DNA of 64,000 nt from Schmidtea polychroa (lineage: Eukaryota), in NCBI GenBank assembly GCA_044892525.1, contig CM097885.1, positions 46,997,727 through 47,061,726 of the forward strand. The letters are read 5' to 3'. Shown one piece after another: positions 39,416 to 54,590 of this stretch (positions are counted from its first letter, which is position 1; each line of letters begins with the position of its first letter). Under the pieces are notes generated by a model that did no database searches, was not told the origin of the DNA, and saw only the letters and a list, made by a program, of their open reading frames with translations. The translations under genes were made by a program, and so were the position numbers.

Positions 39416-40522
39416 TACTTAATTAATTAACATTGTGATTGGCATTATTTATCTCAAAAGGTTAACAAAATTTCCCAAATTAATATTAATTACAATTAGA
39501 TTGTTTTTCGTTTTCTTATTTATCTTTATTCCTTTATATCATTTTTTTTATTTGTTATAAAAATTGTTTGTACCAGTATATATAACCTTTAATCAGGTTA
39601 CCATTTAATCAATTACCTTTTAAAACAAAAATAATTAAATTATATGTTTACTGTCTAAAATAAACTGTATTTCGAAAAAAATAAACCCAAAATAAAAAAA
39701 TGTTCTCTTAAACCGATCATCGGTTAAAGAGAACATTTACACTGAAAAATTGGGGTAAAAGACGTTTTTAAACCAAAAAATTCTCTTTAACCGATTTTGT
39801 TCTCTTTAAGCAAGTTCTCTATAAGCGAAATCTACTGTATTAGGATAATAAAATTTAATTTAAAATTTTAAGTTTGAAATTTTTTTCCTCATTATTAATT
39901 TAACAAAGTAAACCTTAGATCTTGAATTGAAGATATATAAAAATAAAATTCCTAATATATTCTTTGTGAAATTAAATTATTATTAATTCATTTAAAAGAA
40001 ATGATTTATTTATTAAGATATTTTGTATTCATTACAAAATCTTTGATTTGTTTTAATTTTCGCCGGCTTTTAAAAATTTTTGAAATTTTCCACTGCTATT
40101 TAAAGGGCAATTTCAAAATGAATATAAGAAATCCGAATCAGTTTCTCGGTAAATAATTTGAATTTCTTTGAAGCAAAAAAATATTCTAAAAATTAATTAA
40201 ATAATTTTTCTCATTTGATAAATGATTTTTGAACGAGAGGCAGTCGGAAATGATCGGTTCATTCATGTGATGGATTGATTGATTATTATGGCTGAATTTT
40301 TCAAATTATTTTTTTTTTATAACTGAGCAAAATAATAATAATATTACTAATAATCATTATAAAAATGAAAAAAATAATAATATTGCGTTAAAAGATTTTA
40401 AATCAAAAAGATGTACAAACTTGTTTTTTATAAACTTAAAATATTACATAGATTTTAGCTAGTGTTTTAAATTATTTTTATTCTATTTTTTGACATTTTG
40501 TATACCCTGTGTATGTGTATAA

Positions 40523-40630
<108 letters not shown>

Positions 40631-42878
40631 ACTATTATATTGGTTTGACCAATTTTAACGCATTAAACGACACAGTAGGTTTTGTCGTATATGTTGAAAA
40701 TGGAAAATTGGGAATGAGCGAAACAAAACATTTATATGGTATTGTAATATATATTGTAATATATATCGAAATTTAACTGCTTTTGCGAATATGTATAAAT
40801 GATACTTCTGTAACACTGAATTATGCAGAGGTGAAATGAACTGCTTATGAGCTTATATGTTACGTCCAGTGGGGCTACAAAGCAACTGGCCCACATATAG
40901 ACAGAAATTATGTCTCGATAAAATGTAATACTAGGAAATCTCTCAATGAAAAAACTTATTCATTTTTAGATTTTGTAGTTAAACCTTTTATTTTATGGAA
41001 TAATATTTTATGTGATTAAAACGGCCGGATGCAAGTGGTTTACTGCCTTAAGGTAAATCAGCATTAATTCTAAATACAGTTATATAATTTAAATATTGTT
41101 AATTTTACATCATTTTATAATATTTGCCAAGTAATATTCTATTATTTCATTTTAACAGACTCTGAAAAATATTTTATTGAAATGTAATTTACCGTTTTTA
41201 GTATATATTCCATCTTATTTGCCATTTATTCTTTTTTATTTCAAATTATAGATCAAAAATTACGTAAATATTTAACACAAATATTTGACAGTCAATTTCA
41301 TGAGTATGTTATAAATAAAACAAATATAGCATGAAAAAAGTTATTTTTGTTTATTTTATCCAAAATACATTATTTATTTATGTGAATCTTTTGTTTTAAT
41401 GCAAATCAAATTTTGGGAAATTTGGAATTTATCCAATTTGATATAAATTCTAACCAATGATTAAATTGCAAATATTAAATTGCAAATTGAAAATTCCAAA
41501 AATATACCATTATATAAATATTTTCTTTATTCTATTTTTTAACATAACAACTTTTACCTTAATTATGATTAAAAATATTTCATATTGAGTTGTATTAACA
41601 TTATATTATTATTTTTCATAGAAATAAATAAGCCCAAATTTTAAAAGTTTAAAAGTGTTCATTAAAAACCTTGGTTCAAATGATTGAATTGCCCACGTTA
41701 TTAATGTCAAATTATTCCACGTCCAATGTGGTTTTTGACCAATACAAATTTGTGTATTTTTTGTGGATATTTTATATAATAATTTAAAAATATTAACACA
41801 TTATTAGTATTTATTAATTAAATAATATATTTAACAATATAATTATTTGTGTCTATAATTATTCAATACAACAGCCCCTGTGGTAAGAATTAGAAGGCAC
41901 CTTAAAAATGTTTTTTTCAATAGAAAACATACTTAATTAAAAAAAAATTATTCACAATTAAAAACAAAAATATCAAAACAAATTGAAAATTTTGATTTTT
42001 TAAAAACATTTTATACACATTAATTTAAACAAAAGGGATTTATTTATTATATTAACTGACGCCGCTTCCACAAGCACAGTTCACACAGTGTAAAAGACAG
42101 CTCTGGGGATAATGCTATAAATTGTAATTTGTTATAATTTCTACATATATATTTGTGAATAACTTCCAATTAGATAAATACATTTGGATAACAGAAATGT
42201 GTTGACTGAATTATTAACGGAATTTTTGGTATAGAATATATAAAAATGAACATTTTGTCTTGAGATTCATAAAACGGGATTGAATTTCCTAGACTCAATT
42301 GAAAATGAAAAATTATTTTTGAAGATATACAAAAAATTTCATCAACAAATAGATCATAAATGTTTTGTGACGATTTCTAAAAATTCATTGTTGAAATCAA
42401 GTAAAGCAGCAGATTAATCGATTTCTGCAACAAATAAACAAATTAAAGTTTTTTAAATTCGTTTTTTCAATTGATCCGAAATTGTCAATTCTTCTGACAA
42501 TTATGATTTGACAAACAAAAGAAAAGGTATTATTATTTCACTGGAAATTGCCAAAGATATACTTTAAAAAAGTTTATTAGGCAAACCTGAGCATACATTG
42601 TTCATTTATTTTTGATTTTCCTAAAAAAATTACAGCTGGATATATTTTATTAAAAAAGATTGCATTATTTGTTTTCGCGTTTCCCCAAAATTGGCGTTCT
42701 GGCTTTTTTGAATGTTTTAATAAACATATTTTATATAATATTCATACAATAGTTTTGAGTATTGTCCATTAATGATAAAATCAAACTTTTAAACAAATTT
42801 TATAATATTATTTGAATTAAATATTTTTTATCAAAATTCTCATAATACCGTAAATAAGTGATATAGTGCAGAAAATAC

Positions 42879-43027
42879 CTAGCAATAATCAGCGATAATT
42901 TGCCACAGGAACATTTTATTAATTCTATTGCTTCAGAATGACTGAGTTTATGAGTATCAAACCCATTTATTTTGATTATAGCATCCCCAGATTGTAATTT
43001 ATTATCAGATGGACTACCAGATTTGAC
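42879..43027 (-). CDS. PDZ-domain host gene, exon 2
   Basis: Acceptor TTATTTTCAG at 43028, then VKSGSPSDNKLQSGDAIIKINGFDTHKLSHSEAIELIKCSCGKLSLIIAR; putative donor GTATTT at 42878; completes the PDZ fold begun in exon 1 in phase 0. Confidence 0.85.
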
Positions 43028-43032
43028 CTGAA

Positions 43033-43222
<190 letters not shown>

Positions 43223-43611
43223 GGACGCAGCGTCAGTACCGACTTTAACGATAATAACCGAACAAATTAAACTAACGCATTATAAAAGTGTTCGATTCAT
43301 TAACAATGCTTACATTAAATAAAATACTAAGCATATAACAAGAACCAAATTTACAATTTTTTTAAATAAAATTATTGATAATTATATTCTACAAATATTC
43401 TGCATAATCAAATTCATTGAAATGTATAAATTACTATGAAAAATTAAGTTAAATTATTACTTCTTTTAAAATAATTTTTTTTAATTGTAAAAATATATTA
43501 AATAAGATTTGAAGAAATAATAACACATTTTGAAAATAATGTTTTGTTTAACTATGTTGTTTACGTATTTTAATTAATATTTTTACATTATTATCAATAA
43601 ATTAAACTTAA

Positions 43612-43809
43612 CCGTTCGCGGACGGTAGGCCAGCACCGCTGGGCACGAATTTTGTTCCAGACGTTCTACAATGTATAATGGCCAGCTGTGCTGGCCAAAC
43701 TTTAAAAAAATCATACCACGATATCGGGTATTTGTATACTAAAAAATTTTATGCTAAAAAATAATATATTAAAATATTACTTATTAAAATTAATTCCGTC
43801 CACAAACCG
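43612..43809. mobile_element. piggyBac-type MITE
   Basis: TTAA flanks; imperfect TIRs CCGTTCGCGGACGG / CCGTCCACAAACCG. Confidence 0.65.
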
Positions 43810-45859
43810 TTAATTTCAAAAAATATATTTTTAAAATTTTTAATTAAATTCTATATTTACCCTACGACTATAAATTAGTTATTTATCATATGTAACACAA
43901 ATTTTTGGCACTGTCTTTCAAATTGATTTTGAAATTTTTTCACTCAAAAAGTCAGAGCCGAAAATATTAATTAAGAAAATAAATGATATATAAAAGAAAA
44001 TAAATAGATTTAATGTGAACAAAAATTAAAACATGAAAATCAATCAAAATACTTAAAAATAACTATTAAAATTTCTTATTAAAATAAAAAAGTTAATTAC
44101 ATAAAATAAAATAAATTAAATCTTTACAAAAGCCCAAATGTTAAGTCATTATTTAATGTCAGAAAAAGTCCTTATCAATTGCGCATTGGTATAGAAATGA
44201 ACGGTTAGGCTAATTGAAATATTATTTCTCTTTCTATATTTTGAGTAGCAAATATTAAATGTTATTTTAAATAATAATAATTATGTTATGTCAATGAAGG
44301 GCTGCTTAAGGTGTTAATGGAAAATATATTTTATAAATATTTATTTAATTACTGAGGTTTGATTTTATATATTTTTTTAAAAATAACACAATTCATATTT
44401 ACAAAACTTTTATGATGTTAATCAACTTCGTATTTCTTCAGTTAAAAAACATGAAACTTAATTAACTAGTACATAGAAACTCCATTTAATTTAATTAAAT
44501 TTTTTATCCAATAAACTCGAATTCCATTCCATAACTGACTTTCAGAATTTCCATATTTCCAGCAGGGTGGTAATGAAATTAACCTTCCACTAATTTTTCC
44601 TTCTGTAACCATCACATAAATGCAAAGAATATTTTCAATTTTATAATTTCATTAATAAATTTTCTCTCCATACTTTGTCATTCAATATTAACAATGAAAA
44701 CAAAATAACCAAAACTAATTACTGAGTCAAGGATGTCAATTAAGCGATGAAAAATCCGCCTTCTAGACGAAAGAGATACTTATAAAAAAATAATAATAAA
44801 TAAAAATATAATACAGTCGAGTGAACACAATCTTTTTTTTTGTATTTTTTGATTTTTATAAATTTTCATTAAATGTAGACCTAATATTTTACAAAGTGTT
44901 TTTGTTTAGTTACAGTAAATTAGGAAATTTGAATTAATAATTAGGATATTTTCACATTATTTCACAAACGAGTTGACTTAAAGGTTTTGAAAAAATTACT
45001 TTTATCTCATAAATACAGTAATACGTTTTTGATTCTATTTTTGTATTTTTTTGATCTACATATTTTTTTGTTGAAATTGATTATAAACACTAATAAGATC
45101 AATAGATATCAAAAGGGATCTATACCAGATTTGAAAAATAATTAAGGAAAAATCCTTTCATAAATATTAAGTTAATAATTTAGCATTGATCAACAACGTA
45201 TAAGAAAGTATAATTGAAAATTATCCAAATTTCAAAAGGGTTTGTTCGGTAAAAAGAGGCATGTTTCATAATTTATCATCGGTAATTGAGTTGTTACAAG
45301 AAAAGAGGACAAAATAACACTAATAAATAATTTAAGTGAATTTTATTTTATTAAATTCATATTAATCTTTTTGTTTCGGTTTTGCATTGATGTTCGCTGA
45401 TTTATTATTAAGATTTTATATTTTGCTGTTGCTCAAAGCTCGACCATTTATGAAGAAAGCCATTTGACTTCATTTATAAATATTTGATATTTGTGGCCTG
45501 TTTAAATTGAATGATGACATTGCTCAAGATATTACTTATATTGAATTAAATTATTCCCATATATTATTTGGAAATTATTTTTTAATAATAAATATTTTGA
45601 AAAAGTTTTATGAATACAATTAAATATTATTTTAACCTTTTCGCGACGTGCCACTATTAAATTTACCTATACGACGGACAGTTTTCGACGTTTTTGGAAT
45701 GCAAACATTCGTGTGTCCACTATGAAATAAGAACTACTGCTGCCATATTCATACATGACAAATAAAACAACAGACAAGTTTAAGCTTGTCTATAAACACA
45801 AATAAATATATCTAACACATAAAGCTGAAGCGTCCGGCATTCGTCGCTTAAATATAATA

Positions 45860-47340
45860 AAATTGGATAAATATGGTCCATCCATTTTCATCACATGAAC
45901 ATTCTTATCGAGTTGGTAAATATAAACAAATTGAGAATGAATTAAATTTAACTGGTATAGATTTTCCAATAACAATTAGCGGTATTAAAAATTTCAAAAA
46001 CAAAATCCATCAATATAAATTAATGTATTTACAAAAAAGCAATAACAAAAAACTTGGAATGATTTATAGAAGTCATTTAAATCCAAAAGGTTGTAAGTTA
46101 TTTTTATATGGTGATCACTATGTTTTGTATAAAAATGTTGGTACATTCTTGGGAAATAGTTTAAGTAATTATATTTATCCATGTTTTAATTGTGTGTTGA
46201 ATATAAAGAAGTAAAAGCTATTTTACATCATGAATAAAACAAATATTTTAGGAAAAAACAACTCATTTTATGGCAAGACTTTAGGAAATGTAAGAAATCG
46301 ACAGAGTATCAAAATAGAAAATGATAGAAAATAGTTTCAACATTTAGTTGCAAAAACTAAATGTGAAAGATAACGCCAATCAAACATTCTTTTCACGATA
46401 TATTTCGAAAGTTGTCCTGTCATCATCCGGTGGGATATAATAACTATGTAAATTAAGGATTTTAAACAAATTTATTAATTATATAAAAACTTTTTATTTA
46501 ATAAAAACATTGAATTATTTATAAAAATTATAATTAAATTAATATATTATTTTTAAAATTTAAACATTCAGAATTTAATTTAATAAATTAATTTAATTAT
46601 AATTTTTAAAAATAATTAAATGTTTTTATTAAATAAAAAAGTTTTTATATAATCAATAAATTTGATTACATAGTTATTTACATAGTTATTATATCCCACC
46701 AGATGATGACAGGAAAACTGTCGAAATATATTGTGAAAAGAATGTTTGATTTGTGTTATCTTATAATTAAATCATTGACATGTATGTTTAACTATTTATT
46801 CAAAAATTTGAAAGAGTTAAAATATTTTCTGAAGATTCTGCTGCAGTTCAATTTAAAAATATGTAATTTTGTTGGATTTGTTATTTTGGAACCGTCAAAA
46901 TTAGTAATGTATAAATTTATATATGATTTTCTCTGGAAAACTTATCAATATAATTTTAAAATACATTACGGAGATACCGATTCAATAATTTTAGAATTTA
47001 TTAATAACGAATCAATAGATAAAATTAATGATTATATCGATGATGTAAAACTAGGATATTTTAAAGATGAAATGGGCAAAGGAAAAAAAATAGGAGATTC
47101 TGTGGTTTAAAATTTAAAATGTATTTTCTAGATATTCCAGATTTGGAAAAAAATACAAATACTCTTCATAAAAAAATAAAAGTTTATACAAACCATCAAT
47201 AATAAATTATACCTTTGATGTGGCTGTTGAATGTCTTGATGGCAAAATCAAAAAGCTGTCACACCATCATATATTATTTGAAAGCCACCTAAAAAATCTC
47301 CATATCCTTATGAAGATATATTTTAAGCGATGGAAAAATA
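45860..47340 (+). pseudogene. Second Polinton pPolB relic (internally deleted), inside the PDZ-gene intron
   Basis: EHSYRV...ELNLTGIDFPI...LNPKG...DHYVL (same family as 28250-28500), motif B NSFYGKTLGNVRNR (~46260), VGFVILEPSKLVMYKFIY, motif C YGDTDS, LGYFKDE. Confidence 0.88.
46371..46808. mobile_element. Palindromic insertion with two degenerate hammerhead motifs
   Basis: Inverted arms ~46368-46761 plus tail; TSD-like TGAAAGA (46364-46370, 46809-46815). Motifs CAC-CAGATGA-T-GACAG GAAAA CTGTC-GAAA-TATATT-GTG (46697-46735, +) and CAC-CGGATGA-T-GACAG GACAA CTTTC-GAAA-TATATC-GTG (46394-46432, -). Confidence 0.65.
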
Positions 47341-48580
47341 ACACTTCCTTTTATAAATTATAAAATAAGTTTTATTAATAGATTGAAAGAAATTAATAAA
47401 AAAATATAATACTAATTTGAATGATTTAGATATAATATATTAGTTATTTTTAATTAAATTATTTATAACCTGCTTTTTTAAATGTCTTTCTGACTTAAAA
47501 ATTATTACAATTCATAAATTAACTCTTTAAGATCAGAAAAGATTACAAATAATAAAAATATTTTTAGGAATTACATTTATTTAGACAAATACCGTTACGA
47601 AGTAATGAAATTACCAAAAAAGACGTAATGAATTACGCTTATAATATTTTCTTTATATGAAGTCATATTTGTTGTCAATATGTCAAATTTATCTCTAATC
47701 ACAATAAAATATTTAAAATCTAAAATATTTTTTAATTAAAAAAATGTAATACTCAGAAATTTCATAAATAACAATGATTAATTTATATTTTAAAATTTAA
47801 CCAAATGTTAACCAAAAAAATTATTTTATGAAAAATATTAAATAAAAAATTACAAAATAAAATTATTTATTATTTTTGTATATTAAACTTTGTAATTGTA
47901 TTTTTAAAATATAAATTCATTACTCGATTTATTGTTCATTCCTTACTTATGTTGTTTGCCCTTCGGGTATTTATTCCGTATTCACATCAAAAAGTAGAAT
48001 AATAATATTTCGAGATCGCAAACATTTCCTTGAAAACATTTACAATTTTTATGATTTTACGGAAAACACACTTCACCCTTTTCATAATTAGTATAATTTC
48101 AATTTGTGGGTTTTAAACACTAAAATAATAAAAACGCAATAAATTTAATAGATACAAATTCTATAAAAATAATATTTTTATAAAATTGAAAAATTTGGAA
48201 AACACAAACATTTTTGTAAAATTTTTTGTTTAAATAAATAGATATAATTTATTTTATATAACTCTTTATAAAAGTTTATATATTGGTGAACTTTTATAAT
48301 TGTACACTGTATTTTCTTGTATTTATTTATTAATTTAATAATAAAAATTACATCTTTGAAATAATGACTTAACATTTAAAATTTATTTAAAATAACACCA
48401 ATTAAATTTGTAAAGTTTAACCAATTTATTGTGACATTATGATTTTTGAACCTAATTATTACAAATATAAATACAAATATTTCAATTTTTTTGAATTATT
48501 TTTTAGAAATTATTAATAGGCATTTAAAATTTGTAAAAATAAAAATTTATTATAAATAATAATATTATAATTATTATTAT

Positions 48581-48795
48581 TTATTAAAACGAGAGCTTGA
48601 AGACTATAAATCAGTAATATATCGCTGTTTTTTTTTAATACTCAAGAATTTTTGGCACTGCCTTTTTCAAGTGAATTTTCTTGAAAAAGGTAGTGCCGAA
48701 AATTCGTGAGTATCAAAAAAACATCGATATATTACTGATTGGCACAGTCTTCAAGCTCTTTTTAATAAATACAATGGAAAAAATAATCAATAGTG
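48581..48795. mobile_element. Second copy of the 31537-31996 palindromic element (no nested MITE)
   Basis: GAGAGCTTGAAGACTATAAATCAGTAATATATCG...GGCACTGCCTTTTTCAAGTGAA...TTGAAAAAGGTAGTGCCGAAAATTCGTGAG...CAATGGAAAAAATAATCA. Confidence 0.85.
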
Positions 48796-48797
48796 AA

Positions 48798-48860
<63 letters not shown>

Positions 48861-48876
48861 GTTGTTATTTAATTAC

Positions 48877-49191
48877 TTTTTTAACTGAAAGTTGCAAGTG
48901 ATAATCATGTCCTCCTTGTATCCGAAATCCCCATGGTTCATTCTCACTGTTGCGCTCCAAAATAACTTCTAAAGATTTCGTGTTGTCATACATTGAATTG
49001 ATATTCAAGTGATTCTTGTGTTTTGGCTGGGAACTTTCATGCTCATTGTTTATTTCCTGATTGTGTTGCAATATTGCAATTTGTCTTTGCGGTGGATTGA
49101 CTATATTGGCACATCCTTCTAAAATTACTTTATTTTTAGCCGGAGTTTGATTTCGAAGTGCAACAATTGACGAATAGAGAGTCACATTCAT
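48877..49191 (-). CDS. PDZ-domain host gene (PDLIM/Zasp-like PDZ), exon 1
   Basis: ORF ends LEVILERNSENEPWGFRIQGGHDYHLQLSVKK, followed by donor GTAATT at 48876; PWGFRIQGG is the carboxylate-binding loop typical of ALP/Enigma-type PDZ domains. Confidence 0.85.
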
Positions 49192-49624
49192 TTGGGAATA
49201 GAAAATTAATAAAAAAAATCCAATCTCTATTAGATTATTATAGATCTAGAATCTGATCTGGCGATTGGGCAACAAAAAATGTGTTTAGTATCTCTGTCAA
49301 CTATTACTGGATATTACAGTAAACATGTACAATTTTCGTATAAATTTGACAATTTGACTGGCACGATTTCACTATTTTTCCTGATTGATTTTTAGTGCAT
49401 CGAATAAATCAATAAGCACTGCGTATTTATAATGTATTTTTTTGACATAAATATTGAATTACACAGTGCAGAAATAATATCGATGATATTTAATATCAGT
49501 TTTATCGATTCCCAGATAAGTTCACTTGTAAATAATTTATCATTTTACAGTTTTAATTTTAAATTAAAAAAATTATATGATGGTTATGTTTGGGTATTTT
49601 ATATACTTACAAACTGTAATACCG

Positions 49625-49690
<66 letters not shown>

Positions 49691-49714
49691 TGATAATAAT
49701 AATATGTAATAATA

Positions 49715-49754
<40 letters not shown>

Positions 49755-50059
49755 TGATAATAATAATATGTAATAATAATATATAATAATAATATATAAT
49801 AATAATTATTATTATAATTAAATAATAATTTAAGCCTTTTGCTGTGAAGCATATTAGATGAAAGAATTTTCAACTATTAAAATAGTCCTTCTCAATTTCT
49901 AAGATAACATTTATAAAAACTAAGCAGAATTATTAGTCCAACAAATTAGTCCAACAAAATAATTGCATATGGCAGAAAAATATATAGTAGAAAAGGACTA
50001 TTTTTATAGTTGAAAATTCTTTCATTTTATTAAATATATACATAATAGTGATAATAATG

Positions 50060-50142
<83 letters not shown>

Positions 50143-50599
50143 TATTATTATTATTATTATTATGGAGAAATTTATTCGATACATTTGTAATATAATATTT
50201 CCCAAATTAACATCACCTTGTTATTGTATGATTGTACATAATTGGCAGAATTATTACGAACAATCTGATCTAGAATATAATATTCTGGGATAATCGTAAT
50301 TATTTCTCTTCAGTAATATTCATTAGAAAAATTAAGTGAACTTGAATCGGAAAAAAACCATTTAATGTGGAAATTGAATTTGTATATTGCTGTTTATTTT
50401 TTTATAATCTATAGGTTTTGAAAATAACTTTTCAAATTTTTACCGATTTTTGTTTTAATTAAAGTGATTAATTAATTTTTTCCATACAATTGTAGTAGAT
50501 GGATTGGGCACCGCTGGCAATGGGCACCGCTAGCACAGTACCACCCCTCCCCACGGTCGTAAATTTTTTAAAAAATCTAAGTCTAAAAGTACATTTTTT

Positions 50600-51340
50600 T
50601 CCAAGGTCAAATTTAAACAAAGACATATGACTCATCAAGGTCATTGAAACAAAGACCATGACTCATCCTATGACTCATCAAGGTCATTTTCAAGGTCATA
50701 CGACTCATAATATGACTCATCAAGGTCAAAAATTTTTTCCAAGGTCATTTAAACAATGACCATGACTCATCAAGGTCATTTTTAAGGCCGTATGACTCAC
50801 ACTATGACTCATCAAGGTCATTTTCAAGGTCATATGACTCATCCGATGAGTCATAAAAATTCCAAGGTCGTTCAAACAAAGACCATGACTCATTCAAGGT
50901 CATTCTCAAGGTCATATGACTCATCCGATGAGTCATAAAAATTTTCAAGGTCATTTAAACAAAGACCATGACTCATTCTCAAGGTCATATGACTCATTCA
51001 AGGTCATTCTCAAGGGCATATGACTCATTCAAGGTCATTCTCAAGTCATATGACTCATTCAAGGACATTATCAAGGTCATATGACTCATTCAAGGGCATT
51101 CCCAAGGTCATATGACTCATTCAAGGGCATTCCCAAGGTCATATGACTCATACATGACTCATCAAAAATTTTCAAGGTCATATGACTGATACTATGACTC
51201 ATCAAAAATTTTCAAGGTCATTTTCAATGTCACCTGAGTCATCCTATGACTCATCCAAGGTCATTTTCAAGGTCGCATGACTCATCCAAGGTCATTCTCA
51301 AGGTCATATGAGTCATCACGATGAGTCATCAAGGTCATAT
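50600..51340. repeat. Left TIR tandem array of ATGACTCAT and TCAAGGTCA motifs
   Basis: About 25 TGA(C/G)TCA motifs by eye, interleaved with many CAAGGTCA motifs; mirrored at ~55320-55770. Confidence 0.9.
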
Positions 51341-51486
51341 TATTATTTTTAAAAAATAATATTATTTTTAATTTTTTCAAAGTTCCCGTCAACGACAATT
51401 AATAATCGATAGCTCATTTTAAAGCTCAATCCAAGGCCTTTCGAATGAGCCATATATCTTGTTATTAAGACTATTATTTCTAAAGA

Positions 51487-51568
<82 letters not shown>

Positions 51569-51740
51569 CTATATACACCGAGTCTATATACTCCGGTGCT
51601 ATCCGACAAAATATTTTATCCCCCTATGGGTAATGCTCACAAGGGTACTATTCACGCTCAACAAATCAACAAAACATACATTTATTTAAACAATAAAATA
51701 ATGTAAAATTAACAAAGGTAAACTAAATTTTGATTTACAT

Positions 51741-52379
51741 CTATATAGTATGATATTCATTAATCATTGTTGAACAGGCTTGACACTTGCGAACATTCTT
51801 CTCGTGACACTTAGAACAAACAATTACGTGACCACACGGTAAATACAAAACAGAAACTCGATTTTCTTTACAAATTGAACAAGTTAAATACCTTTTCTTA
51901 ACATCGTTCAGTTTTTTCGTTAGCTTATTTTCAATCAAATCGGCTTTTGCTATCCATTCATAAATCAATCTACTATATCCAGGTTTCAACCTTAAATACA
52001 TACAACTCCAAAAGTATTCATTCAGTGAATCATTGTTTACCGCTATTTTTTCTAAGTACATTAAATAACTAGATAACTTTAAAATGGATTTATCATAATT
52101 AAATAAATCAATCAAATATTCAATAGAGGAATGTTTGAAAATCTTTAAAATATTTATGAGTTGCTTATCACTGTAAGTATCATGATTATTTATAAAATCT
52201 TCAACTGTGTTGTTAAAAAATTTCAATGAACGCTTATCTTCGGAATAGGTTGGACTTAATTTTTCCTTATTTCTAGTAGGACTTCCTTGCTATAAATGGT
52301 ATATATAAAAAAAATATTGACAAAATAATAAATTTACCAAATGTGTTACACATTCATCAGTTTTATTTATAGAAATCAT
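51741..52379 (-). CDS. Two-exon gene encoding a ~196-aa protein with a C-terminal IAP-type C3HC4 RING finger
   Basis: Exon 1 52379-52338 (MISINKTDECVTHL), 48-nt GT..AG intron 52337-52290, exon 2 52289-51741 in frame, ending CSICKENRVSVLYLPCGHVIVCSKCHEKNVRKCQACSTMINEYHTI-stop; TATAAAT (~52421-52427) and CCAAT (52442) upstream. Confidence 0.8.
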
Positions 52380-52529
52380 TAGTAATAAATTTCTTAATAA
52401 CTAAATTACTTTTGTTCTTACATTTATAAAAATTGTGATAGCCAATCAAAATATAGCTTTCAAAATGTAGAAATTGTAACCATCAAATGTATAATAAGCA
52501 TGACTAGTAACCTTGCAAGCTGTTTAAAG

Positions 52530-52638
<109 letters not shown>

Positions 52639-52749
52639 ATTATTATTATTATTATAGTAATCGATATAGCTGCATGCTCACTGCAGACTATATAAAAATA
52701 TACTGATATAGCTACATGCTCATTGTAGACTATATAAAAAAATACTGAT

Positions 52750-53800
<1,051 letters not shown>

Positions 53801-53849
53801 AACATCTTCCGCGCGGGCGTTAATATCTTTCCCAATAATAATGATAAAA

Positions 53850-54590
53850 TAAATTATTACGTAATCGATAATTAAAACAAAAAAATAATAATATAATCAA
53901 CGATTTAAACAAAATTAAATTATTACATAATCGATAATTAAAACAAAAATAAAAATATTATTATATAATCAACGATTTAAACAAAATTAAATTATTATGC
54001 AATTGATAATTAAAACAAAAATAAAAATATTATTATATAATCAACGATTTAAACAAAATTAAATTATTAAGTAATCGATAATTTAAAAAATATATATATA
54101 ATTAACGATTTAAACAAAATTAAATTATTACGTAATTGATAATTAAAACAAAAAACAATAATATTATCATATAATCGACGATTTAAACAAAATTAAATTA
54201 TTATGTAATTGGTAATTAAAACAAAAATAAAAATATTATTATATAATCAACGATTTAAACAAAATTAAATTATTATGTAATTGATAATTAAAACAAAAAT
54301 AAAAATATTATTATATAATCGACGATTTTAACAAAATTAAATTATTATGTAATTGATAATTAAAACAAAAATAAAAATATTATTATATAATCAACGATTT
54401 AAACAAAATTAAATTATTACGTAATTGATAATTAAAACAAAAAATAATAATATTATCATATAATCAACGATTTAAACAAAATTAAATTATTACGTAATCG
54501 ATAATTAAAACAAAAAAATAATATTATCATATAATCAACGATTTAAACAAAATTAAATTATTACGTAATCGATAATTAAAACAAAAATAA
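53850..54590. repeat. ~72-bp minisatellite, about 10 copies
   Basis: CGATTTAAACAAAATTAAATTATTA.GTAAT.GATAATTAAAACAAAA recurs at 53901, 53973, 54045, 54106, 54179, 54251, 54323, 54395, 54468 and 54539. Confidence 0.95.

Noticed and set aside
53850..54590. CRISPR-like regular repeats
   Set aside because: No unique spacers; whole units repeat; eukaryotic context with no cas genes.
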